Below are positions 1 through 11,867 of a stretch of DNA of 64,000 nt, in pieces. Under the pieces are notes generated by a model. The model ran no database searches. It had not been told where the DNA came from and saw only the letters and a program-made list of their open reading frames with translations. This DNA comes from Octopus vulgaris (lineage: Eukaryota): positions 52,762,001 to 52,826,000 of the forward strand of contig OX597822.1 of assembly GCA_951406725.2 (NCBI GenBank), read 5' to 3'. Numbering within the stretch: the first letter of the stretch is position 1; each line of letters opens with the position of its first letter. Position numbers and translations under genes: made by a program.

Positions 1-411
1 GGTTTAACTTTACGGCGTATCGTCAGATCCCAAAACTCGTTGGCATAAGGCCTCTTTAAAATATAGAGGGGAAAAGCGGGCCATGTTTGCATTTTAGGAG
101 ATTTTTGGTGGCATTTTGGGGACTGCAAGATGGCGGCACACCCGAGAGTTGATAGCTAATTGGAGAGGAAGATAATCCGCTATTGTTTACCCTCGTAGCT
201 GAATGATAGCGGTACGATCGGAAGTCGATAGCCCTTAGCAAAGGGAGATAATCTCCTTGCTTACATTTGTCTTTGTATCGAGACTTTTCCCCTCCATATT
301 TGAAAGCGGTGTTAGGCCAACAGCGCTTGGGGTCTGATGATACGCCATAAAATTAAACCCTTTATGGACGAGAAACTCAGTGTAACCCCATAAATCGGCC
401 TTCACCAGGAA
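1..411. mobile_element. Inverted-repeat cassette with outward-facing hammerheads (left end cut off by the window edge)
   Basis: 1-76 is an imperfect inverted repeat of 283-359; the right arm runs into a full HHR; ends at (TA)n from 412. Confidence 0.7.
328..390 (+). ncRNA. Type I hammerhead ribozyme motif
   Basis: Stem I tggggt/acccca, core CTGATGA (334-340), stem II ccataaa/tttatgg, GAAAC (372-376), cleavage triplet GTA (382-384). Confidence 0.8.
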
Positions 412-444
<33 letters not shown>

Positions 445-552
445 CATATGTATATATATGCATACACATATGTATATATATGCTTACACATATGTATATA
501 TATGCATACACATATATATAATATGCATATATACACGGGTATATATATATAT

Positions 553-587
<35 letters not shown>

Positions 588-599
588 GTATTCTATTCT

Positions 600-628
600 A
601 TGTATGTATGTATGTATGTATGTATGTA

Positions 629-699
<71 letters not shown>

Positions 700-1420
700 A
701 TGAATGGATGGATGGATGGATGGATGTACTTCTCTGATGTACTTTTATCTGTCTTGTATTTAGATGAAGTTTTATGATTAATGTAATACAACATTCAAGT
801 TCATTTGGGTAAACACAGTTTTTAGTCTAACCTCAATTAATTTAATCTAATTATGGATTTGTTATGCTGTTCTATTCTATTCTGTTCTATTCTATTCTAT
901 TCTATTCCATTCTTTTATAGTCCATCTATTCTATCTATCTAATGCAGAATTGCACCTCTCCTTGAAAAATGCATTTTTTGGAAATTTTTTTTTTGTTTGT
1001 TTTACATATTCATAATTTTCGACATTTAAAACTTAGGAATCCCCAAAAAAAAAATTTCCAAAAAATGCATTTTTCAAGGAGAGGTGCAATTCTGCATTAG
1101 ATAGATAGAATAGATGGACTATAAAAGAATGGAATAGAATAGAATAGAATAGAATAGAATAGAATAGAACAGAATAGAATAGAACAGCATAACAAATCCA
1201 TAATTAGATTAAATTAATTGAGGTTAGACTAAAAACTGTGCTTACCCAAATGAACTGGAATGTTGTATTACATTAATCATAAAACTTCATCTAAATACAA
1301 GACAGATAAAAGTACATCAGAGAAGTACATCCATCCATCCATCCATCCATCCATCCATCCATCCATTCATCCATCCATCCATCCATCCATCCACACACAC
1401 ACACACATACACACACACAT

Positions 1421-1477
<57 letters not shown>

Positions 1478-1557
1478 TACATACATACATACATACATAC
1501 ATACATACATACATACATACATACATACATACATACATACATACATACATACATACA
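600..1557. repeat. Large fold-back (inverted duplication) including mirrored microsatellites
   Basis: 724-992 is a near-perfect reverse complement of 1045-1330; flanking (TATG)n/(TG)n/(GATG)n are mirrored as (CATC)n/(CA)n/(CATA)n; about 50-bp spacer. Confidence 0.9.
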
Positions 1558-1614
1558 TGTATATACGTGAGTATGTTTATGCATGTTTTCACATACACTT
1601 ACATATAGCATCTC

Positions 1615-1977
1615 TTAGAACCTGATGTCGAATTTCAAATTGGAGACATCAGGGAGAAAGAGGTGAATGATTCTGTGAGAAAAGCTAGAGCAAAGAGTGC
1701 TCCAGGAAGCGATGGCGTCTCGCATAAAGTATACAAGCGTTGCAATCGTCTATGAAAGAAGCTCTTTGTCTTGTTCCGACAGCTGTGGTGCAAAGAGACT
1801 CTAGCAGTGGATTGGCATAAGACAGAAGGCATATATGTGCCCAAGGAAACCAATGCAGAGACTATAAACAGTTCAGGCTGGCTGATATCCGTGTTGACTG
1901 TGGATGGCAAGATCTTTATGGGAATTCTCGGAAGAAGAACAGTAACATATTTGCAGAGTAATGGATATGTTGGGTGA
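1615..1977 (+). pseudogene. Non-LTR retrotransposon RT N-terminal fragment (R2/Hero/NeSL-like)
   Basis: KARAKSAPGSDGV..KVYKRC, then YVPKE...ISVLTVDGKIFMGILGRR..YLQSNGYV, with a stop codon. Confidence 0.7.
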
Positions 1978-2173
1978 ATGTTTTCGAAAGGCAAGTGCTA
2001 CCAGTCGAAACCTCCGAATACCGGAAACCAGCAAGTGCATGGGGTCATCAAGAGAAAATGTGCACCGTTTCGGGGCCTAACTCTCAAAGTTTGTGCAAAT
2101 TGTGCAACGGACCCTGCACTGACATGAGAAGTGAACCAAAAACAAATAGCACGCAAAAAGGCCGATTAGCGGC

Positions 2174-2219
<46 letters not shown>

Positions 2220-2222
<3 letters not shown>

Positions 2223-2586
2223 ATCAAAATAAAAACATGATGCCAAGGATTCAGCGGTACATATGTTTCGGGCCTTTATTAGACAGATTTATAACAATGC
2301 ATAATGTGTGTCTGTGGCCTTCTTCAGCCGCGCACAACAGCTTCCACAAGGACATGTGTTACATCAAAAATTCTTGGTTGGGGATGCAAATCCTCTCATT
2401 CGCGTACGACATAATGCGGCAACAGCATAGAATTTATGCATTGTTATAAATCTGTCTAATAAAGGCCCGAAACATATGTACCGCTGAATCCTTGGCATCA
2501 TGTTTTTATTTTGATCAATTTACTCCACCACCTACACCACCAAACGGTATACACAGGTGCTTATAATTATCAAGTACTCATCCCGA

Positions 2587-2591
<5 letters not shown>
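2220..2591. mobile_element. (TA)n-embedded inverted-repeat cassette with degenerate paired HHRs
   Basis: Perfect 85-bp arms 2220-2304/2434-2518, unique tail 2519-2591; each arm has CTAATAA-aggccc-GAAAC-ATAT-GTA. Confidence 0.75.
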
Positions 2592-3980
<1,389 letters not shown>

Positions 3981-3985
3981 CACAA

Positions 3986-4035
<50 letters not shown>

Positions 4036-4253
4036 CTTCTTTATTGCCTACAGGAGGCTAAACATAGAGGGGACAAACAATGACAGATTAAGGGATTAAA
4101 AATATATGATATGATATGTGTGTGTATATATATATATACTGTATATATGATATATGTGTATATGTATGATATGATATAAATATATATGATATATATATAA
4201 TATGATATACATATATACGACACACACATGGACACACACACATGCACACATGG

Positions 4254-4324
<71 letters not shown>

Positions 4325-4643
4325 ATTACTTTATCAAAGGATTCTATCTAAAATTGAACGTTTGAAAGTAAAGCGGGAATTTGAATTTTTTTTTTTGCAA
4401 ATGTGGCTCATCTCTACAAATGTTCAGGTATATATATATGTGTAGCATTGGGTTGTTCTAGCTTTACGTATATATGTATATATATATAGTGACGTATATT
4501 TGCCATTTGAATATGGCTAATCCCTAAAGGTGGATGCTACTGTAGTTTGTAGCCCCAGGAGGACACCTCCTCCAGCTGGCTATAGACACACTTTCTGTAT
4601 TTGCAAAGGGAAGCCATCCTTCACGTCTTCAACTTATGATACA

Positions 4644-4673
4644 CACGGACTCGAGTTTCAGGGTATTGACCCG

Positions 4674-4677
<4 letters not shown>
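4644..4677 (-). ncRNA. Minimal HHR truncated by the adjacent (TA)n
   Basis: Minus strand reads ..ATGA-c gggt caat accc t-GAAAC-TCGA-GTC; palindromic loop III; the CTG of the core is lost at the TA boundary. Confidence 0.6.
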
Positions 4678-4749
<72 letters not shown>

Positions 4750-5076
4750 TTTTATTTATTTATTTATTTAAAAAATTTTGAATTTGCAAATATTATACTA
4801 ATATTTTTTCATGCAGAACTACATTTCATCAAAAAATTCCCTACAAAATTGAAAGAATAGGGGAGACAGTACATTTTTGTAGTCTAAATATAACTCAAAG
4901 AGGAGAAAAAGAAACAAAGGGGGAAAAAGAAGGAAAGGGGGAAAAGAGAAAGAAAGCAAAAAGACTTTCAGTGATGACCACACTGCACCTGTTCTTTTTT
5001 TTGAAGACGTCACCATCCTTAAACCAATTCCAAAATAATGGTAAATGAATAGGAAGGGGGACCCTCCTTCTCTTTC

Positions 5077-5178
<102 letters not shown>

Positions 5179-5196
5179 AGCCTATCTTCCTACCAC

Positions 5197-5418
5197 GGCG
5201 GCGAGTTGGCAGAAACGTTAGCACGCCGGGCGAAATGCGTGGCTGCATTTCGTCTGCCGTTACGTTCTGAGTTCAAATTCCGCCGAGGTCGACTTTGCCT
5301 TTCATCCTTTCGGGGGTCGATAAATTAAGTACCAGTTACGCACTGGGGTCTATGTAATTGACTTAATCCCTTTGTCTGTCCCCTCTATGTTTAGCCCCTT
5401 GTGGGCAATAAAGAAATA
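5197..5418 (+). mobile_element. tRNA-derived SINE, family A (Nin-domain-like core)
   Basis: Box B-like gagttcaaattcc; core gcctttcatcctttcggggtcgataaattaagtaccag; multicopy in the window. Confidence 0.85.
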
Positions 5419-5660
5419 TACCTACCTATATTTCTATCTATCCATCTCCATTGTGTAGGAACCTCACCCCAAAAAACAAAAAACAATGTTCGCTTCTTCT
5501 AAACAACTCCTTCGCCCACAAATATCTGTTTTAAATAAATGAACAAGCTATTTGTACATTCACAAAATTTTATTTGACAAGTTCGAGAAACGAACGAAAG
5601 CGCTTATAATAATGAAAAAATAAAAAGATATTTTCCAAAATTCTGACGACTTCCCCCCCA

Positions 5661-5774
<114 letters not shown>

Positions 5775-6042
5775 GCAAAAGAATGTGTTATAACACTATT
5801 TCACATATACAAAAACAGCCATACCAACAATCCAACATACCTCCTTCATCAGCTGCCCCACAGCAAGTAATCTGATCTGAGATCGTGTGCTGGAACGAAA
5901 ACAATTGCAGCGTGGAAGGTGTTTATAAGCCATTTAAGGAACACACAAAAACTTTTAGATTCACTTCAACATTTAAATTTAATTTTTCAAAATATTTTCG
6001 TCGTTTTGAGACTGTGACCTGTACACTGACAAAATTCCGTGC

Positions 6043-6125
<83 letters not shown>

Positions 6126-6267
6126 GGTGTCCTGTACTCATATATATATATACATGTATATGTAGGTACGTACATATATGTATGTATGTATGCATATATT
6201 TTATTTATTAAATTATTGTATGACTAAGCGCCCTCGCGTCGTTTCGTTTCCTTTCTTTCTCCAAGTA

Positions 6268-6312
<45 letters not shown>

Positions 6313-6316
<4 letters not shown>

Positions 6317-6490
6317 TCTTTATTGCCCACAGGGAGCTAAAGATAGAGGGGGCCAAACAAGAACAGACAAGGGGATTAAGTCGATTACATCGACCTTAGT
6401 GATTAACCGGTACATATTTAATCTATCCCGAAAGGATGAAAGGCAAAGTTGACCTCGGTGGAATTCGAACTCAGAACGTAACGGCAGACA
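6313..6490 (-). mobile_element. SINE family A, 5'-truncated
   Basis: Reverse complement of the 5197-5418 family. Confidence 0.8.
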
Positions 6491-6819
6491 GTGGTCATGC
6501 ACGAGCAGCGCCTTTTAGTGAAAGAAATCGCCCCTGCCCCCAGGACTTAGTTTTTGTAAGTGTTGAACTTATTATATCAGCCATTTTTGCTGAACGGTTA
6601 AGTTACGGGGACGTAAATGCACCAACATCTCGGAATGGTCAGTGGCAAGAGAGGAGTAGGCCGACCAAGAACCCGCTGGCTTGACACCATCAAGAGTGAC
6701 ACGGGAATGGCCATAGCCAATCTGAAAGTAGTGTATGTATGTAGGATAAATGGAATTATAAGTATATATTATGGGCGGTGTTAATGACTGCGCACACCAC
6801 TCGTTTTCGGCGTAACAAA

Positions 6820-6945
6820 TATCCTAATCCGAACCTTAACACTAACCTCAAAACCTAACCCTAACCTTAAACCCTAATCCTAACGCTAACCTTAACCCTA
6901 ATCGCTAACCCTAACCCTAACCCTAAACTCTAACAATAACCATAA
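6820..6945. repeat. Degenerate interstitial telomere-like (CCCTAA)n
   Basis: About 20 decayed ccctaa/cctaac units. Confidence 0.75.
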
Positions 6946-7189
6946 ACACCGGTGTGCGTATTCTTTACCTTTGCCTATTTTATGTATTAGGGCCCTACCA
7001 AGTATTTTCCCAAGAGCGCGCGCGCAATTGGTAGCTAAATAGATTGTAAGGTGCGTAGATAAGTACATAGAAATATAGACAGGTCGATAGATATACAGCT
7101 TGTGAGATATATTGAAAGTCTGATAGATGTATAGAAGGTTAGGTACTTAGAAATTTTCAACTGACTCTCGTTAGTACTTTCGTTTATTT

Positions 7190-7540
7190 ATAATAATAAT
7201 AATAATAATAATGAAATTATTGTATACAGTGCTCAGGTGCACCACAACTTGTCAGAAAGTGCATATAAAGTACATGCAGTAATGTAGAAATGTCTGGAAA
7301 GCGAACAATGTATGAGTCAGATACATGCTTGTGTGTGTATGGAGGGGAGAAAATCAAGTGTAGTGTTGGCGAATCTCAGGAAGCATGGAAGTTTTGAAGG
7401 ATGCAGTGCTCCGACAACTAACAACCGATGCCGGCAGTTTGTTCCATGCTTCAGCAACTCTCAGCGTGAAAAAATGTTTCCTGAAGTCATGGGAGCTGTG
7501 CTGTTTTCTTACTTTGTAAATATGTCCACGGGTGTTAGAT
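7190..7540 (-). mobile_element. CR1/L2-clade LINE 3' end
   Basis: Minus translation NTRGHIYKVRKQHSSHDFRKHFFTLRVAEAWNKLPASVV (TRGH...FF..RV...WN.LP motif), 3' UTR and (TTA)n tail. Confidence 0.85.
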
Positions 7541-8470
7541 GGGTGTTACAACGGTGATTTCATTCTTTGAACTTTTGCGTCCGTTGTTACCGTTCATATT
7601 TACTTTGAATCGTTGGGTGGATGTTTTCTTTTCAGTTGTTATACTTTAAGCATTAAAGAAACAAATCTAGTATCTCTGTATGTATAAGCACACACACACA
7701 CACCCACACCCACACCCACACCCACACCCACACCATGTCTCTATTGTTTGTTAGTCGGCATTGTGATTAATGTATTTGATAAACACCTGATAAATGTGTA
7801 TGATCGTATAATCTTTAGAGGTGTATGTGTATATGCTAGCGTATGTGTATGTGTGTGTGAGTGAGTGAGAGTGTGTGTGTATGTCTGTGTGAGTGAGAGA
7901 GTGTGTGTGAGTGAGAGAGTGTGTGTGTGTGAGTGAGAGTGTATGTGTGTGTGTGTGTGTGAGTGAGTGAGAGTGTATGTGTGTATGTATGTGTGTGAGT
8001 GAGAGTGTATGTCTGTGTGTGTGTGCGTGTGAGTGAGTGAGAGTGTATGTCTCTCTGTGTGTGCGTGTGAGTGAGTGAGAGTGTATGTGTGTGTGTGTAT
8101 GTGTGTATGTGTGTGTGTGAGTGTGTGAGTGAGTGAGAGAGAGAGTGTGTATGTGTGTATGTGTGAGTGAGTGAGAGAGAGAGAGAATGAGAGAGAGAGA
8201 GAGAGTGTGTGTGTGTGTGTATACCATTCAACTAGAGAGAAAGCGATGACGTGGCTACTCTATTTCTTTCTTTACCTGGCTTTCAAAACTAGTTACAAGT
8301 TATCTTGAAACTGGAGATGTGATTCGAATGTTTGTAACTTAATAAACTTCGCTTCCGTCTCCTGGGGTCTACGAAGGAGGGTTGAAAAGTTAATAGGCTG
8401 ACTTCTGAAGGAGTGGTGCTAGAGCTGTGAAATATTGCATGCATTAATTTCAACTCTACCTATGAATAAC

Positions 8471-11415
8471 TGCATCATTTCTTTCCAGGTAAACTGACAT
8501 CTGACTGTAAAAAAACACTTCAAAAGTATCTAGTAGCGACTTCTCGTGGCATCGTGATGTTATCTGAAAAAGGGTTTGCATCATTTCTTTCCAGGTAAAC
8601 TGACATCTGACTGTAAAAAACACTTCAAAAGTATCTAGTAGCGACTTCTCGTGGCATCGTGATGTTATCTGAAAAAGGGTTTGCATCATTTCTTTCCAGG
8701 TAAACTGACATCTGACTGTAAAAAACACTTCAAAAGTATCTAGTAGCGACTTCTCGTGGCATCGTGATGTTATCTGAAAAAGGGTTTGCATCATTTCTTT
8801 CCAGGTAAACTGACATCTGACTGTAAAAAAACACTTCAAAAGTATCTAGTAGCGACTTCTCGTGGCATCGTGATGTTATCTGAAAAAGGGTTTGCATCAT
8901 TTCTTTCCAGGTAAACTGACATCTGACTGTAAAAAACACTTCAAAAGTATCTAGTAGCGACTTCTCGTGGCATCGTGATGTTATCTGAAAAAGGGTTTGC
9001 ATCATTTCTTTCCAGGTAAACTGACATCTGACTGTAAAAAAACACTTCAAAAGTATCTAGTAGCGACTTCTCGTGGCATCGTGATGTTATCTGAAAAAGG
9101 GTTTGCATCATTTCTTTCCAGGTAAACTGACATCTGACTGTAAAAAACACTTCAAAAGTATCTGGTAGCGACTTCTCGTGGCATCGTGATGTTATCTGAA
9201 AAAGGGTTTGCATCATTTCTTTCCAGGTAAACTGACATCTGACTGTAAAAAACACTTCAAAAGTATCTAGTAGCGACTTCTCGTGGCATCGTGATGTTAT
9301 CTGAAAAAGGGTTTGCATCATTTCTTTCCAGGTAAACTGACATCTGTCTGTAAAAAACACTTCAAAAGTATCTAGTAGCGACTTCTCGTGGCATCGTGAT
9401 GTTATCTGAAAAGGGTTTGCATCATTTCTTTCCAGGTAAACTGACATCTGACTGTAAAAAACACTTCAAAAGTAACTAGTAGCGACTTCTCGTGGCATCG
9501 TGATGTTATCTGAAAAAGGGTTTGCATCATTTCTTTCCAGGTAAACTGACATCTGTCTGTAAAAAACACTTCAAAAGTATCTAGTAGCGACTTCTCGTGG
9601 CATCGTGATGTTATCTGAAAAAGGGTTTGCATCATTTCTTTCCAGGTAAACTGACATCTGACTGTAAAAAACACTTCAAAAGTATCTAGTAGCGACTTCT
9701 CGTGGCATCGTGATGTTATCTGAAAAAGGGTTTGCATCATTTCTTTCCAGGTAAACTGACATCTGATTGTAAAAAACACTTCAAAAGTATCTAGTAGCGA
9801 CTTCTCGTGGCATCGTGATGTTATCTGAAAAAGGGTTTGCATCATTTCTTTCCAGGTAAACTGACATCTGACTGTAAAAAACACTTCAAAAGTATCTAGT
9901 AGCGACTTCTCGTGGCATCGTGATGTTATCTGAAAAAGGGTTTGCATCATTTCTTTCCAGGTAAACTGACATCTATCTGTAAAAAACACTTCAAAAGTAT
10001 CTAGTAGCGACTTCTCGTGGCATCGTGATGTTATCTGAAAAAGGGTTTGCATCATTTCTTTCCAGGTAAACTGACATCTGACTGTAAAAAACACTTCAAA
10101 AGTATCTAGTAGCGACTTCTCGTGGCATCGTGATGTTATCTGAAAAAGGGTTTGCATCATTTCTTTCCAGGTAAACTGACATCTGACTGTAAATAACACT
10201 TCAAAAGTATCTAGTAGCGACTTCTCGTGGCATCGTGATGTTATCTGAAAAAGGGTTTGCATCATTTCTTTCCAGGTAAACTGACATCTGACTGTAAAAA
10301 ACACTTCAAAAGTATCTAGTAGCGACTTCTCGTGGCATCGTGATGTTATCTGAAAAAGGGTTTGCATCATTTCTTTCCAGGTAAACTGACATCTGACTGT
10401 AAAAAACACTTCAAAAGTATCTAGTAGCGACTTCTCGTGGCATCGTGATGTTATCTGAAAAAGGGTTTGCATCATTTCTTTCCAGGTAAACTGACATCTG
10501 TCTGTAAAAAACACTTCAAAAGTATCTAGTAGCGACTTCTCGTGGCATCGTGATGTTATCTGAAAAAGGGTTTGCATCATTTCTTTTCCAGGTAAACTGA
10601 CATCTGACTGTAAAAAACACTTCAAAAGTATCTAGTAGCGACTTCTCGTGGCATCGTGATGTTATCTGAAAAAGGGTTTGCATCATTTCTTTCCAGGTAA
10701 ACTGACATCTGACTGTAAAAAACACTTCAAAAGTATCTAGTAGCGACTTCTCGTGGCATCGTGATGTTATCTGAAAAAGGGTTTGCATCATTTCTTTCCA
10801 GGTAAACTGACATCTGTCTGTAAAAAACACTTCAAAAGTATCTAGTAGCGACTTCTCGTGGCATCGTGATGTTATCTGAAAAAGGGTTTGCATCATTTCT
10901 TTCCAGGTAAACTGACATCTGACTGTAAAAAGCACTTCAAAAGTATCTAGTAGCGACTTCTCGTGGCATCGTGATGTTATCTGAAAAAGGGTTTGCATCA
11001 TTTCTTTCCAGGTAAACTGACATCTGACTGTAAAAAACACTTCAAAAGTATCTAGTAGCGACTTCTCGTGGCATCGTGATGTTATCTGAAAAAGGGTTTG
11101 CATCATTTCTTTCCAGGTAAACTGACATCTGACTGTAAAAAAACACTTCAAATGTATCTGGTAGCGACTTCTCGTGGCATCGTGATGTTATCTGAAAAAG
11201 GGTTTGCATCATTTCTTTCCAGGTAAACTGACATCTGACTGTAAAAAACACTTCAAAAATATCTGGTTGCGACTTCTCGTGGCATCGTGATGTTATCTGA
11301 AAAAGGGTTTGCATCATTTCTTTCCAGGTAAACTGACATCTGACTGTAAAAAACACTTCAAAAATATCTGGTAGCGACTTCTCGTGGCATCGTGATGTTA
11401 TCTGAAAAAGGGTTT
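8471..11415. repeat. Homogeneous 105-bp tandem satellite, about 28 copies
   Basis: Unit tgcatcatttctttccaggtaaactgac...tgaaaaagggttt; 2945 bp/105 is about 28; only scattered SNPs and poly-A length changes. Confidence 0.97.
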
Positions 11416-11867
11416 AATACCCAAGGACGTTCGCTCATGCTGACATGGTTGCTGCATTAGGGGATAACACTCCAGCTTTATCAATAGTGCAAAAGTGGGT
11501 AGCTGAATTTAGGACGGAAAGGGAGACTCTTGAAGATGACTCGAGGTTTACACGTTCTGCGACTGCCACCGCTGAGGAAAACATTGATCGTGTTCATTAC
11601 ATGTGATGGATGACAGGCGATTGACTATAAATCAAATAGCAAATGCTATTAACATAACCCATGAGAGAGTTGATAATATTCTGCACAACGAACTTAGCAG
11701 GACGAATGTTGACATGGCAGTTAGCTTGGCTGATCACATCTCGGAAAAAAAATCTGACATCGAGACAAATTCAGCTGGTTTCATTGACCATTTCCTAACC
11801 GAGGATGAGTGTTGGTTTCATCACTTTGAACCAGAGACAAAGAGACAATTTATGCAGTGGAAGCATC

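Noticed and set aside
8456-11356. 35-aa repeat ORFs up to 407 aa, and a CRISPR-like appearance
   Set aside because: Product of a 105-bp (multiple of 3) satellite with frame-breaking indels; no unique spacers, no cas genes, eukaryotic context
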